64,000 nt of DNA from Flavobacteriales bacterium (lineage in GTDB: Bacteria; Bacteroidota; Bacteroidia; CAIKAF01): positions 1,116 through 65,115 of the forward strand of contig JANWWQ010000006.1 of NCBI GenBank assembly GCA_025055635.1, read 5' to 3'. Shown here piece after piece: positions 1-10,370 of the stretch (position 1 is its first letter; each line of letters begins with the position of its first letter). The position numbers were made by a program, and so were the translations under genes. The notes beneath the pieces were generated by a model. It searched no databases. It was not told where the DNA came from and worked only from the letters and a program-made list of their open reading frames with translations.

Positions 1-725
1 GGCAGAATCTTCACGCGCCAGTTCACCCCGGCCACGCCAGTGTTGTTGTTGCCCACTGCGCCAATGATACCGGCCACATGGGTGCCATGGTTGTCGCTTT
101 GCAAAGTCCCTGAATTGGTATAGGCATTCCAGCCATTAATGTCGTCCACATACCCATTCTGGTCGTCGTCTATGCCATTGCCCGCAATCTCATTGTAGTT
201 TCGGAACATGTTGGCCTGGAGGTCGGGATGATTTACCTGAAAACCACCATCAATTACAGCTACGACGATGGTATCATTCTGGACAGTCCACCCCCCCGTC
301 GTGATATCCCACGCTTCCACTGCGTCAATGTCTGCATCTGGTGTGCCGCCGTTTTGACCTGTGTTATGCATGCTCCACTGCTGGGTGGCAAAGTTGGGAT
401 CATTGGGGGTGGCCCTCAGGGATACCTTGTGGTTGTACTGGGCCAGCAAAATGCCTTCTGTTCTTTTGAGCAGAGGCAAATAATCTGCATTGGCTGAGTT
501 TTTGATCAGATAAATGCGGTAATCGGCTGATAGCACCCGATCCAGGAGCCAGCCTGGTACCTGAGCTTCCAACTGGGCCAGCACTGTGTGGGGATCATGC
601 CGGTGGTCCATCACAACGATGTACTCTCCGGGAATGGCATCCGGATCCGAGCCCACCTGCCCTTGGCTCAGCAAGGGGCGTATCAGGAGACTTGTTAAAA
701 AAATAAAGAGATGGCTTTGTTTCAT
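1..725 (-). CDS. Subtilisin-like serine peptidase (S8 family), N-terminal part; the gene continues beyond the window start.
   Basis: Minus-strand ATG at 723-725 (MKQSHLFIFL... signal peptide). The translation contains VVAVIDGG (catalytic Asp box) and HGTHVAGIIGAVGNN (catalytic His box), and the frame stays open to position 1. Confidence 0.8.
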   Translation of the reverse strand, partial: MKQSHLFIFLTSLLIRPLLSQGQVGSDPDAIPGEYIVVMDHRHDPHTVLAQLEAQVPGWLLDRVLSADYRIYLIKNSANADYLPLLKRTEGILLAQYNHKVSLRATPNDPNFATQQWSMHNTGQNGGTPDADIDAVEAWDITTGGWTVQNDTIVVAVIDGGFQVNHPDLQANMFRNYNEIAGNGIDDDQNGYVDDINGWNAYTNSGTLQSDNHGTHVAGIIGAVGNNNTGVAGVNWRVKIL

Positions 726-727
726 GG

Positions 728-1600
728 TTATTTTGACATTATTTCCTGTTCAATAGTTTCGGAACGCGCCCACAGGGCTTCTTGTAAATTTAGATTCAAA
801 ACTAAGGGGTGTGGTTGTTTTTCTCGGCAGTTAGAGTAATACTTACCTCCCTTCTCAATACCATCAGGGGCTGTAGCTAGAAAAACAGGCGTTCGTGCCC
901 CGGCTTCCACCGAAATACCCTTAAATCTGGTAAATAGCCACCAAGCTACTCTCCCCGGAATATGGCTATGTTTATATCCGATACCTGTACGCACAACACC
1001 AGGGTGCAGGCTATTGGCCCTAATGCCCTCCTGCCCGTAACGACGATCTAAGGCATTGGCAAAGAGGATGTTCATCATTTTGGTGTTGGCATATTGGCGT
1101 AAGGCCGAATAGCCCTTTTTGGCCTGAAGGTCGTCCAGGTCCAAGCGTGCACTGTAATGACTATGGGAGGAAACCATTACCACCCTCCCTCCTCCATTTT
1201 GACGTAGTAGCGGAATCAAGCGCCTTACCAAAACAAAGGGCGCCATGTGGTTCAGGGCAAAGGTGTATTCCAAACCCTCGGAGGTCTCCTGACGGCGGGT
1301 GTATACTGCGCCCGAATTACTGATTATAACATCTAACCTTACCAAATCCCTTAATAACTGATTAGCCAGGCGTTCGGCTTCCTTCACAAGGGTTAGTTCC
1401 GCTACATAACCACGGTGCTCCCTGCGGGGATTCACTGTTTGCAACGCATCCAGGGTGGCACGGACTTTTTGCTCGTTGCGACCTGTGAAAATCACCTCAA
1501 AATCCTTAACAGCCAACTGCAGAGCCGTCTGATAACCAATGCCAGAAGTAGCCCCGGTTATAAATACCACTGGAGGGCTAGCTTTACTCACAATATGCAA
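728..1600 (-). CDS. Short-chain dehydrogenase/reductase (classical SDR, retinol-dehydrogenase-like).
   Basis: TGATSGIGYQTA Rossmann motif, NSG, and a YANTK (YxxxK) active site. The ORF begins with a TTG; a GTG 9 nt downstream may be the real start. Confidence 0.8.
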   Translation of the reverse strand: MHIVSKASPPVVFITGATSGIGYQTALQLAVKDFEVIFTGRNEQKVRATLDALQTVNPRREHRGYVAELTLVKEAERLANQLLRDLVRLDVIISNSGAVYTRRQETSEGLEYTFALNHMAPFVLVRRLIPLLRQNGGGRVVMVSSHSHYSARLDLDDLQAKKGYSALRQYANTKMMNILFANALDRRYGQEGIRANSLHPGVVRTGIGYKHSHIPGRVAWWLFTRFKGISVEAGARTPVFLATAPDGIEKGGKYYSNCREKQPHPLVLNLNLQEALWARSETIEQEIMSK

Positions 1601-1725
1601 ATGTGGTCAAATTTATCAATTCTTTTTGCTAGATAATTTTTTTTCCAGTTCCCTTGCGCAGCAGAGGAAGGAACATTGGTCACCACTATTTGCCTTGTTC
1701 CATTGAGAGTACCGGTTTATTCTTT

Positions 1726-2913
1726 TCAGAACGGATTATCGTCCAAATCCCTAATGGCCTGCAGGAGGCCTTGACACACAGTATGAAGGCATTGTTCATC
1801 CAGCTGTTCAAGGGTATCGCGCCGGGTATGGTACGTAGGATGGAGACGATCCAGTGGGAGCCCCACAAGAGTAAGACTGGGATAGCCAGCCCTAGCAAAT
1901 GAGGCGCCATCCGTAGCCCCAATTAGCAGGGGTCCAGTGCCTGTCTGTATACCTACTTTCTCAAAGGAGGCTCTCACTCGTTGAATGAGTTCTTTGTGAT
2001 GCCTCACCCAAATACTGGGCTCAGCGGTGATAAAATTCAGGTGATCCTTTAAAAGGATACCATCCAAATTAAGATTTATTATCTGTCCCTCCGGAAAGTA
2101 ATGAAGAGCTTGACGGACAAAATAATGTGATCCGCGCAGGCCGGTTTCTTCTGCACCAAAGGAAGCCAGCACCAGCCGCGAACGGCGCAGAGGACCATTG
2201 CGGGCCATCCCTTCAAAAACGGCAAGAGCACAGGCTACTCCCGAAAGATTGTCCTGAGCACCGGGGACAACCCTGCGGCCATGAATGAACACAAACGGGA
2301 CACCACCGGCCGCCGCCAGGCTATATAGAATCCCGCTGAATAGGAGGTGGGGACCGGAAAAGGAGATTTGACCCAATAATAAGATCAGCAGATGAAGGGG
2401 CCAAAGGATTAGAAGGGCACCGCTCAAAACCATCCAAGAAGCCGAAAATTGGCCTAAAAGGTACCACCATATAAATTCCGGTGTGCTGTCCATGTGGCCT
2501 GAAAGTATGATGGTCTGGCATGGTGGTTCCAGAGGTTCTAGAGAAGCAAATACATTGAGGGAGCTATGGCGACGATAAAGGAAATCCAGGATGTGACGGT
2601 AAGAGACAAAATGCAGGAAGAATGCTACAGCCGTAGGAAAAGCCAGGCTAAAGGCCGCAAAAGGCGAATTACCGAAAAAAGCCAGCCCGAGTGAGAGCCA
2701 AAACAGAGGCCAAATGAGCCGAGAAGAGGCAAATTTGGCCCGCAAAGGAGCCCGGAATTCTTGAAGCTTGACATTAACACCCGGAATATCAGATAGGTAG
2801 GCGGCCAACCATTCTTGAGCCTGTCGTTCCGCAGGGCTTCCCGCTCTACGAGGACCAAATCGGTTGAGTATTTTGTGTACAAACCCCAAAGGGTTTGGAA
2901 GTGTATCAACCAT
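1726..2913 (-). CDS. M28-family zinc peptidase with transmembrane segments inserted at the N-terminus and inside the catalytic domain.
   Basis: M28 ligand motifs occur in order: SGHMDS (HxD), QDNLSGVA, FGAEETG (EE), LNLDG, and YHTRRDT. About 70 hydrophobic residues lie between HxD and DN, plus a hydrophobic N-terminal region. Its start overlaps the fbp stop by 8 nt. Confidence 0.7.
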   Translation of the reverse strand: MVDTLPNPLGFVHKILNRFGPRRAGSPAERQAQEWLAAYLSDIPGVNVKLQEFRAPLRAKFASSRLIWPLFWLSLGLAFFGNSPFAAFSLAFPTAVAFFLHFVSYRHILDFLYRRHSSLNVFASLEPLEPPCQTIILSGHMDSTPEFIWWYLLGQFSASWMVLSGALLILWPLHLLILLLGQISFSGPHLLFSGILYSLAAAGGVPFVFIHGRRVVPGAQDNLSGVACALAVFEGMARNGPLRRSRLVLASFGAEETGLRGSHYFVRQALHYFPEGQIINLNLDGILLKDHLNFITAEPSIWVRHHKELIQRVRASFEKVGIQTGTGPLLIGATDGASFARAGYPSLTLVGLPLDRLHPTYHTRRDTLEQLDEQCLHTVCQGLLQAIRDLDDNPF

Positions 2914-3922
2914 TTAGAAATGATTCCGCATGACGTACCATGGCTGCACTCCCGATAAAGAGCGGACAGCGCTGATGAAGAGTATCGGGTTTCAATTCCA
3001 GTACGGAACGGTTCCCATCCGAGGCTCGGCCTCCAGCCTGCTCACATATAAAACCAAGAGGAGCACACTCATAAAGCAGGCGTAGCTTACCCTGAGGATC
3101 TTTGGCCGTAGCAGGGTAAAGGTAAATACCACCCTTGAGGAGGTTGCGATGAAAATCAGCCACTAAAGAACCGATGTACCGCGCTGTGTGAACTTTGCCA
3201 GCTGGGTTGTTTTTCGTTTTGCAGGAAGCAAGATAATTTTTAACTCCTTCGGGCATATCGTTCAAGTTGGCTTCGTTGACTGAGTAAATACTGCCCACCT
3301 CAGGAGTGCGTATTTCAGGGTGTGAAAGGCAATATTCTCCCAGCGAAGGATCCAGCGTGAAACCGTTGACGCTTTGACCCGTAGTGAACACCAGCATGGT
3401 GCTGCTTCCGTAAAGCACGTAACCGGCTGCCACGAGCTCCTTGCCGGGCCTCAGGAAATCCTTTTCGGTCACCAACTTACCGGGCTCGTCCACCCGGAAA
3501 ACGGCGAAAATAGTTCCAATAGAAACATTCACATCAATATTTGATGAACCATCCAGAGGATCCAGGGCCACGATGTAGCGGGCCCCCCGTTGACGACCTC
3601 CTTCGAAACACACGATGCCTTCCAACTCTTCAGAAGCCGCTGCTAAGCAGTGCCCGCCAACTTCCAAAGCCGCCAGGAATTGTTCATTGGCAAACACATC
3701 CAGCTTCATCTGGGTGTCCCCGCTGACATTAGCCGAGCCCTCGGTGCCCAGGATATTCACAAGTCCGGCTTTGTTCACTTCCCTGTGGACAATTTTGGAC
3801 GCCAGGATCAAATCCATCAACAGGCCCGAAAATTCTCCTGTGGCCACACCCGTGAGCTTTTCCTGGCGCCGGATGAACTCGTTCACTGTGATGATGCTGC
3901 GGAGTTTTTGGGGTTGTTCCAT
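2906..3922 (-). CDS. fbp: Fructose-1,6-bisphosphatase class 1.
   Basis: 338 aa with DPLDGSSNIDVNVSIGTIF (metal-binding FBPase signature), GYVLYGSSTMLV and an N-terminal MEQPQKLRSI...LTGVATGEFS region typical of class I FBPase. Confidence 0.85.
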   Translation of the reverse strand: MEQPQKLRSIITVNEFIRRQEKLTGVATGEFSGLLMDLILASKIVHREVNKAGLVNILGTEGSANVSGDTQMKLDVFANEQFLAALEVGGHCLAAASEELEGIVCFEGGRQRGARYIVALDPLDGSSNIDVNVSIGTIFAVFRVDEPGKLVTEKDFLRPGKELVAAGYVLYGSSTMLVFTTGQSVNGFTLDPSLGEYCLSHPEIRTPEVGSIYSVNEANLNDMPEGVKNYLASCKTKNNPAGKVHTARYIGSLVADFHRNLLKGGIYLYPATAKDPQGKLRLLYECAPLGFICEQAGGRASDGNRSVLELKPDTLHQRCPLFIGSAAMVRHAESFLNG

Positions 3923-4027
3923 ACCAAATACCGGGCAAATTTACCCGATGCCTCTTTTAACCAGAGGGCCTTGTATGGTCCCTTTAGTTACGTTTTTTTC
4001 TAAACTAACCCGCTCCTCAAACTACCT

Positions 4028-5086
4028 TTGCTTTCTGTGGGCAGCCTAAGAAATAGCCACAGCGCCATACGAAATACCAGTGTGCAGGACAAAGAATTTG
4101 AAAAAGAGTTACGGCCTCTAACTTTTGATGAGTTTGCTGGTCAGGAGAAGATTTTGGAGAATCTGAAAATTTTTGCCCGGGCGGCCGTTCAACGTAAGGA
4201 AGCTTTAGATCACGTGCTTCTACATGGACCTCCAGGATTAGGAAAAACAACGCTTGCCCACATTTTAGCCCGGGAAATGGGTGTTCAAATCAGGGTAACC
4301 AGCGGGCCGGTTCTTGAAAAACCGGGCGACCTTGCAGGCCTCCTTACCAACTTAGAAAAGGGGGATATTCTCTTTATTGACGAGATCCATCGGCTCAGTG
4401 CGGTAGTAGAAGAGTACCTCTACTCGGCTATGGAGGATTACAAGATTGATATCATGATAGACAGTGGGCCTAATGCCCGTTCGGTTCAGATTGGTTTAAA
4501 TCCCTTCACCCTAATAGGAGCCACCACGCGTTCCGGATTGTTAACGGCCCCCTTAAGAGCGCGGTTCGGTATCACAGCCCGCTTAGAATACTATCCTGCT
4601 GATACTTTGAAACGCATTGTCATGCGCTCTGCCTCTATCCTGAAGACACCCATCACCGAGGAGGCCGCCATGGAAATTGCCCGTCGCAGCCGGGGCACTC
4701 CTAGGATTGCCAATGCCTTGTTGCGTCGGGTGCGGGACTTCGCCCAAATAAAAGGCGATGGCACCATCACCCAGGAAATAGCTGCCATGGCCTTAAAGGC
4801 CCTCCATGTGGACACATATGGCCTGGACGACATGGACCACAAAATTCTCACCACTATTATTGATAAGTTTGGTGGAGGGCCGGTGGGTATCAATACCATA
4901 GCCACAGCAGTGAGTGAGGAGGCCGGCACTATAGAGGAAGTGTATGAACCCTACTTAATTCAAGAAGGTTTCCTGATACGTACGCCCCGCGGTCGAGTAG
5001 CGTCGGAAAAAGCCTACCGCCACTTGGGACGCAGTTTTTCGGGAGTGGGCCCCACACTATTTGACAGTGCCCCAGAAGCTCCATGA
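4028..5086 (+). CDS. ruvB: Holliday junction branch migration DNA helicase RuvB.
   Basis: [14 protein letters not shown], Walker [12 protein letters not shown], Walker [11 protein letters not shown], and a C-terminal winged-helix region. ATG at 4028. Confidence 0.9.
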   Translation: MLSVGSLRNSHSAIRNTSVQDKEFEKELRPLTFDEFAGQEKILENLKIFARAAVQRKEALDHVLLHGPPGLGKTTLAHILAREMGVQIRVTSGPVLEKPGDLAGLLTNLEKGDILFIDEIHRLSAVVEEYLYSAMEDYKIDIMIDSGPNARSVQIGLNPFTLIGATTRSGLLTAPLRARFGITARLEYYPADTLKRIVMRSASILKTPITEEAAMEIARRSRGTPRIANALLRRVRDFAQIKGDGTITQEIAAMALKALHVDTYGLDDMDHKILTTIIDKFGGGPVGINTIATAVSEEAGTIEEVYEPYLIQEGFLIRTPRGRVASEKAYRHLGRSFSGVGPTLFDSAPEAP

Positions 5087-6192
5087 ATTCAAATCCGGTG
5101 TTTGTAAGGGCGTCATCCCTGCTAACACCCTACGGTCTGGGGGTGGACAGAGCCCTGGAAGCTATGTGGGCAGGCCTGTTGGGAGTGCGCCCTGTGGCTA
5201 CGCACTATGGCGTTTTTTCTTTAGGATGCGTGGAGGGGGGATGGTGCATAACACCTCAGGATGGGAAAGCCCTCGCTCGCTGGGAAACCATGTTGTGGTA
5301 TGTGGCCAAAGAAGCCACTGAGGGACTACGGCCTGCTGATCCGGCGCGAGCTGCCATAGTGGTGGCTTCCACCAAAGGTAATATACGTCATTGGCCGGCC
5401 TCGCAGGCACGCAGGCCTTACCTCCACGAAGGTGCTCACTGGTTGCGAGACAACCTATGGCCAGGAGCTCAGGTCTTCACAATATCCATGGCCTGCATCT
5501 CTGGTCTGGCAGCGGTGGATTTTGCCTGTCGCTTGATACGCCAGAAGCTATGCAGCGACGTGTTGGTGGTGGCTGCCGATGAACTCACAGAATTTGTTGT
5601 TGCTGGATTTAGCGCTCTAAAAGCCCTCTCTCATCAACCTTGCCGCCCCTATGACAAGCACCGCGACGGCATTAACCTGGCTGAAGCTGCGGCAGCATTG
5701 TGGCTCACTGACCAGCCATGCCCTGGCCCCTCTTTAGGCGCTTCAGCCGTGGCCCATGACGGGGTCCACATTTCAGCTCCGGACCGACATGGTTCAGGCT
5801 TGGCAGCGGCTATCCGTTCGGTGCTAGAGGCTGAAGAAATTCTGCCTAGCGAGATAAGCTTTGTGTCGGCTCACGGCACCGCCACCTTATACAACGACGA
5901 TATGGAAAGCACAGCTCTGGCCCAGTTAGGCTTGAGCGAAGTCCCTCTCCACAGCTTAAAGGGATTTTTGGGTCATAGTCTAGGGGCAGCGGCCTTGGTA
6001 GAACTGGTAATTGTTCTTCGGGCCATGACCCGCCGCCTTATGCCTGCTTCTGCTGGTTTCACAGAACCTGGCACCCTTCACCCTCTCCACGTGGTCACAG
6101 AGAATTATCCATTAAATGAAAATAGGCCCCTAGTGCTCAAAACTTCTTCTGGCTTTGGAGGCTGTAATGCAGCCATCGTAGTAAAAGGGTAA
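5083..6192 (+). CDS. Orphan beta-ketoacyl synthase (KAS I/II-like thiolase-fold condensing enzyme), short form.
   Basis: 369 aa with a Cys-His-His triad context: ISMACISG (nucleophile Cys), [19 protein letters not shown], and a C-terminal [12 protein letters not shown]. Its ATG overlaps the ruvB TGA (ATGA). No ACP, KR or DH partner gene is adjacent. Confidence 0.7.
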   Translation: MNSNPVFVRASSLLTPYGLGVDRALEAMWAGLLGVRPVATHYGVFSLGCVEGGWCITPQDGKALARWETMLWYVAKEATEGLRPADPARAAIVVASTKGNIRHWPASQARRPYLHEGAHWLRDNLWPGAQVFTISMACISGLAAVDFACRLIRQKLCSDVLVVAADELTEFVVAGFSALKALSHQPCRPYDKHRDGINLAEAAAALWLTDQPCPGPSLGASAVAHDGVHISAPDRHGSGLAAAIRSVLEAEEILPSEISFVSAHGTATLYNDDMESTALAQLGLSEVPLHSLKGFLGHSLGAAALVELVIVLRAMTRRLMPASAGFTEPGTLHPLHVVTENYPLNENRPLVLKTSSGFGGCNAAIVVKG

Positions 6193-6522
6193 GATTATAA
6201 ATTACTTATTGAATCTTATAAGTAATTTTTTATCCATTTACAAAAATTACTTTTTTTAAGTCACCATTTTATTCAACCTAACACATCAAAATCCCATTCC
6301 ATCTTTAAATTTTAATGTAATTACTTACAATCATTCAATCATAAGGTTTTTTCCAAATATGGAAAAATTACCTAAAAAATTCAGAACTCCCCGATTATCT
6401 CTTTTGCTTTCTTAAGAGGCACAACGGAAAGCCTTCCGGTATGAAACTGAATAAAATTCGCAAACATTGAACCTCTCAATGAATATCATATCAATGTTAA
6501 CAGGTTGGTGGAGACCATCTTT

Positions 6523-7773
6523 CTATGCATTTTTAAGGATACACCTCCGCAACAAGTCCAGAGCAAACAGTCGCGTCATCTGGATATTGCGGAGTCGTTG
6601 ATTGCCCAACAAGAGGTGACGGTGAGTCACGAAGCCCTCTGGGCCCGCAACGCCCACGTACACGGTCCCCACGGGCTTTTCAGGCGACCCCCCGTCGGGG
6701 CCCGCGATTCCCGTGGCTGACACCGCCCAGTCGGATTGAAATACCTTGCGGGCACCCACAGCCATGGCCTCAGCTACAGGTGCACTCACTGCGCCGTGAG
6801 CCTCCAGCAGCTGGCTAGGTACCCCCAGAAGTGCTGTTTTAGCCTGGTTAGAATATGTAACGGCGCTACCAAGGAAAAAACGGGAACTGCCAGGAATAGA
6901 TGTGATTCCATGGGCTAAGAAGCCACCCGTACAACTTTCGGCCATAGCAAGGGTGAGATTTCTATCCACACACAGATCAAAGACTGTCTGCTCCATGGAT
7001 TGATCGCTCCATGCATAGAGGCTTTCGCCTAGTATCGGCTGGGTTTTTAGAGCTAATTCTCGCATCTTGGCGAGCATGCCGGTATGGCCTGGCTGGGCAC
7101 TGAGCCGAAGCCTTACCATCCCGGGCGAAGGTAGGTAGGCCAACTTAACCCAGGAGGGTAAAGCAGCTTCCCAATCCTTTAATTTCAGCATGAGCTCTGA
7201 TTCGGGAATACCCACAGTGCAAAAAGTAAAATGCTCTATGGGAGGGAGCTGGAAACGTTCCTGCAAATAAGGAATCACGTCTTTCTCAAGCATGTCTTCC
7301 ATTTCGTGGGGTACACCAGGTAGGGAAAAAATCACTGTTCCCTCCTTTTCAAAGCGCATCCCAGGAGCCGTCCCATGAAAATTTTGGAGCACCGTGGCGC
7401 AATTGGGCACATAGGCCTGCGTCCTGTTAGCTTCATTGATTGACCGACCTCGGGCCGATAAATACCTTTCCAATTGGGCATACACTTCAGGATTGAATTC
7501 AAGCTGGCACCCGAAAAATTCGGCTAAAGTGGTTTTGGTGATATCATCACGGGTTGGGCCCAGCCCCCCCGTAAGTATCAAAACTTGCACCCGCCCCACG
7601 GCATACAGTAAAGCGTTACGGATGGCTTGTGGATCGTCGCCGATACTGTATTTAGCCGCAACACGTATTCCAATTTGGTTGAGACGACGGGCAATGGTGG
7701 CTGAATTGGTGTCCACCACTTGGCCTATCATTATTTCGTCACCGATGGTTACAATGTCTGCTTCAACGTGCAT
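6523..7773 (-). CDS. cinA: CinA-family competence/damage-inducible protein (MoCF-binding domain plus C-terminal NMN deamidase-like domain).
   Basis: N-terminus MHVEADIVTIGDEIMIGQVVDTNS with LTGGLGPTRDDITK. The C-terminal CinA domain has ESCTGG and GSSRFFLG motifs. Confidence 0.85.
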   Translation of the reverse strand: MHVEADIVTIGDEIMIGQVVDTNSATIARRLNQIGIRVAAKYSIGDDPQAIRNALLYAVGRVQVLILTGGLGPTRDDITKTTLAEFFGCQLEFNPEVYAQLERYLSARGRSINEANRTQAYVPNCATVLQNFHGTAPGMRFEKEGTVIFSLPGVPHEMEDMLEKDVIPYLQERFQLPPIEHFTFCTVGIPESELMLKLKDWEAALPSWVKLAYLPSPGMVRLRLSAQPGHTGMLAKMRELALKTQPILGESLYAWSDQSMEQTVFDLCVDRNLTLAMAESCTGGFLAHGITSIPGSSRFFLGSAVTYSNQAKTALLGVPSQLLEAHGAVSAPVAEAMAVGARKVFQSDWAVSATGIAGPDGGSPEKPVGTVYVGVAGPEGFVTHRHLLLGNQRLRNIQMTRLFALDLLRRCILKNA

Positions 7774-7784
7774 AGGATAGTAGA

Positions 7785-8885
7785 TTAAGTATGATCACCA
7801 TTTAACTTTGATTGAGAATAAAGGGCTAAAAGCCGATGAAAATAATGTGTCCCGGTTTCCATTGTCGGGGAATACCGGCCACTTTGATACAGACGAGAGC
7901 GGATACCCTTTTGCACCATCTCCACTATGGCTTGATCTTCCAATTCCACTCGGTGTAGCTCGGCTCCTGCACCCTGACCCAATCTTTCTGGGCGATTAAC
8001 GAAGGTGTAATAATACACCAAGGTAAAATCTATGGTTTGAGGTACCACTACGTTCAATGACAGGCCCCACGGGTAGAAGTTGAACATAATGTGGGGAAAA
8101 ACCCAGAAATAAAAGGCTGCTGGTCGCTGACCTCTTTCGTCTGATGGCAGCTCCTGAAAACCTTCTTCTGCTTTACGGGCGGGGGCTGTCTGCAGCACCA
8201 TGTGGTCCAATATTTCCACCGAATACTGTCCGAAATCCAGAGCGGAATGCAGGCCTTTATGCACAAAGGGAATGTGAAACCCTTCCAGATAATTTTCTAC
8301 ATAAAGCGCCCAATGAGCTTTCACCTGATAGACGACCGATAAGTCGGGACGTGGCTGAAGCTGCTCCCAGGGCCACCAGGCCATGCGATCCAACAAAGGC
8401 CCCATCACTTGCCTGAATGAGCACTCTGATGCCAACGAAGAAAACAACAAAGGACCTAAACGCTCCAAAGGCAGACGGGCCAAATTGTCAGTGGCCCCCG
8501 GAAAGTTTTTGGCTTCCTGGAATAAGGGCATGGACAGAAGGGATCCATCCAAACTGAAACGACGGCCGTGATAGGGACATACCACCTCACGAGCCCGGCA
8601 AGGCTCTCTAACCAAAATGCTGCCCCTGTGCGTGCACACATTGCTGAGTAAAAAGAGTTGGCCATCTGTATTGCGGCTCAAAAAAAGAGCTTCATCCAAA
8701 AATCCCGGCATTAGCACCAAAGGATGGAGGGAACCCGGCTGAGGACATTGTTGCTCAAAGCCTACATAATGCCAGGCCTTTAAAAAGACAGTTTCACGCA
8801 GGTGATGCAAAGCTTGAACATCTCGGTAATAGGTTGCGGGAAGCGTGCGGGCCTCCCGGATATCTTGCGCCACGTGGTAGGCCAT
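7785..8885 (-). CDS. Rieske [2Fe-2S] non-heme iron oxygenase, alpha-subunit-like.
   Basis: Rieske box CTHRGSIL...(17)...CPYHGRRF (CxH-x17-CxxH). A C-terminal catalytic domain follows with conserved His and Asp residues. Confidence 0.7.
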   Translation of the reverse strand: MAYHVAQDIREARTLPATYYRDVQALHHLRETVFLKAWHYVGFEQQCPQPGSLHPLVLMPGFLDEALFLSRNTDGQLFLLSNVCTHRGSILVREPCRAREVVCPYHGRRFSLDGSLLSMPLFQEAKNFPGATDNLARLPLERLGPLLFSSLASECSFRQVMGPLLDRMAWWPWEQLQPRPDLSVVYQVKAHWALYVENYLEGFHIPFVHKGLHSALDFGQYSVEILDHMVLQTAPARKAEEGFQELPSDERGQRPAAFYFWVFPHIMFNFYPWGLSLNVVVPQTIDFTLVYYYTFVNRPERLGQGAGAELHRVELEDQAIVEMVQKGIRSRLYQSGRYSPTMETGTHYFHRLLALYSQSKLNGDHT

Positions 8886-9052
8886 AAAGCAAAGATGTAT
8901 AAGTCCAATTTAATTATGATTTTAAAGCATTGAAAGAGCAGAAAAATCAAAGAAATAATTTCGAAAAAAATAGGTAGAGACTTTCTGAACGCAACAAAGC
9001 AAAAGGAAGGATTGCGCGACCCGCTGGTTACTTTTGTTTCGCAAATAATCCC

Positions 9053-10360
9053 ATGAGCTACTTTGAGATAGAAGGCGGTCATACGCTCCGTGGCAACGTG
9101 GAACCTCAGGGGGCCAAAAACGAAGCCCTGCAGGTATTGTGTGCGGTCTTACTAACCGATGAGGAAGTAATCATTGAAAACATACCTGAAATCCTGGATG
9201 TGCAGAAATTAATAGAAATCATCGCCGATATGGGGGTTGTGGTGAAAAAGCTACATGAAGGGGTATACAGCTTCTGCAGTAAAGATTTGAACGTTGAGTA
9301 CATTTATTCTGATGCTTTCTTGGACAAGGCGTCGCGATTGCGAGGATCAGTAATGCTCCTGGGTCCTATGTTAGCCCGGTATGGCAAGGGGTTTATTCCT
9401 AAGCCCGGCGGCGACAAGATTGGCCGGCGTCGGCTAGATACTCACTTTTTAGGCTTCCGCCAGCTGGGTGCCGAATTTCAGTACGACGACGTGCGGCAGA
9501 CATACACCGTGACAGCCCGTCGTTTGAAGGGAGCCTTTGTGTACATGGAAGAAATCTCTGTGACGGGAACAGCCAACATCATCATGGCTTCTGTGCTGGC
9601 CGAAGGCACCACCACCATCTATAATGCGGCGTGCGAACCCTACGTGCAGCAGCTATGCCGCATGTTGCAAGCCATGGGCGCCCGTATTGAAGGAATAGGT
9701 TCTAATCTCCTCACAATCCACGGCGTAGAAAGACTGGGTGGATGCCGTCACCGATTGCTGCCCGATATGATCGAAGTGGGCAGCTTTATTGGGATGGCCG
9801 CCCTCACCCAATCAGAAATCACAATTACCAACGCTGGCGTGGATCACTTGGGAATCATACCCCGCACCTTTGAGAAACTGGGTATTATAATTGTTCGTAA
9901 CGGCGATAATCTAATCATACCTTCTCAAAAAAATTATACTATTGATACTTTTATAGATGGTTCCATACTGACCATATACGACGCTCCTTGGCCAGGTTTC
10001 ACACCCGATCTTATCAGTATTGTGCTAGTGACGGCCATCCAAGCCAAAGGCAGCGTCCTTGTGCACCAGAAAATGTTTGAAAGCCGGCTTTTTTTTGTTG
10101 ATAAGCTCATTGATATGGGAGCCCAGATCATTCTCTGCGATCCCCACCGAGCTACAGTCATAGGATTAGACCGACGTTACCCGTTGCGGGGGATCACTAT
10201 GAGTTCCCCTGATATCCGAGCCGGTGTAGCCTTGCTCATGGCCGCCCTGAGCGCAGAGGGTCGTAGCATCATCCACAATATTGATCAGATAGACCGCGGT
10301 TACGAACGGATTGATGAGCGCCTAAACGCTTTGGGGGCTAGAATTAAAAGGCATAACTAA
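9053..10360 (+). CDS. murA: UDP-N-acetylglucosamine 1-carboxyvinyltransferase.
   Basis: 435 aa with an EPSP-synthase-like fold. N-terminus MSYFEIEGGHTLRGNVEPQGAKNEALQ, with PGGDKIGRR and LRGSVMLLGPM motifs. Confidence 0.9.
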   Translation: MSYFEIEGGHTLRGNVEPQGAKNEALQVLCAVLLTDEEVIIENIPEILDVQKLIEIIADMGVVVKKLHEGVYSFCSKDLNVEYIYSDAFLDKASRLRGSVMLLGPMLARYGKGFIPKPGGDKIGRRRLDTHFLGFRQLGAEFQYDDVRQTYTVTARRLKGAFVYMEEISVTGTANIIMASVLAEGTTTIYNAACEPYVQQLCRMLQAMGARIEGIGSNLLTIHGVERLGGCRHRLLPDMIEVGSFIGMAALTQSEITITNAGVDHLGIIPRTFEKLGIIIVRNGDNLIIPSQKNYTIDTFIDGSILTIYDAPWPGFTPDLISIVLVTAIQAKGSVLVHQKMFESRLFFVDKLIDMGAQIILCDPHRATVIGLDRRYPLRGITMSSPDIRAGVALLMAALSAEGRSIIHNIDQIDRGYERIDERLNALGARIKRHN

Positions 10361-10370
10361 AGCCCTCCGC

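Noticed and set aside
228-497. An 89-aa plus-strand ORF at the start of the window.
   Set aside because: It lies entirely antisense to the well-supported S8 peptidase gene, has low-complexity Gly/Pro composition and no motif. It is a typical GC3-driven antisense ORF.
3541-4049. A cluster of plus-strand ORFs (61-144 aa) opposite fbp.
   Set aside because: They are antisense to a gene with strong FBPase motifs, mutually overlapping, and have no start context.
6193-6522. A 330-bp AT-rich convergent spacer between the ketosynthase and cinA, with a small cggaa-agcc-ttccg hairpin.
   Set aside because: The 5-bp stem with no flanking U-run is too weak to call a terminator or an RNA element, and no ORF is present.
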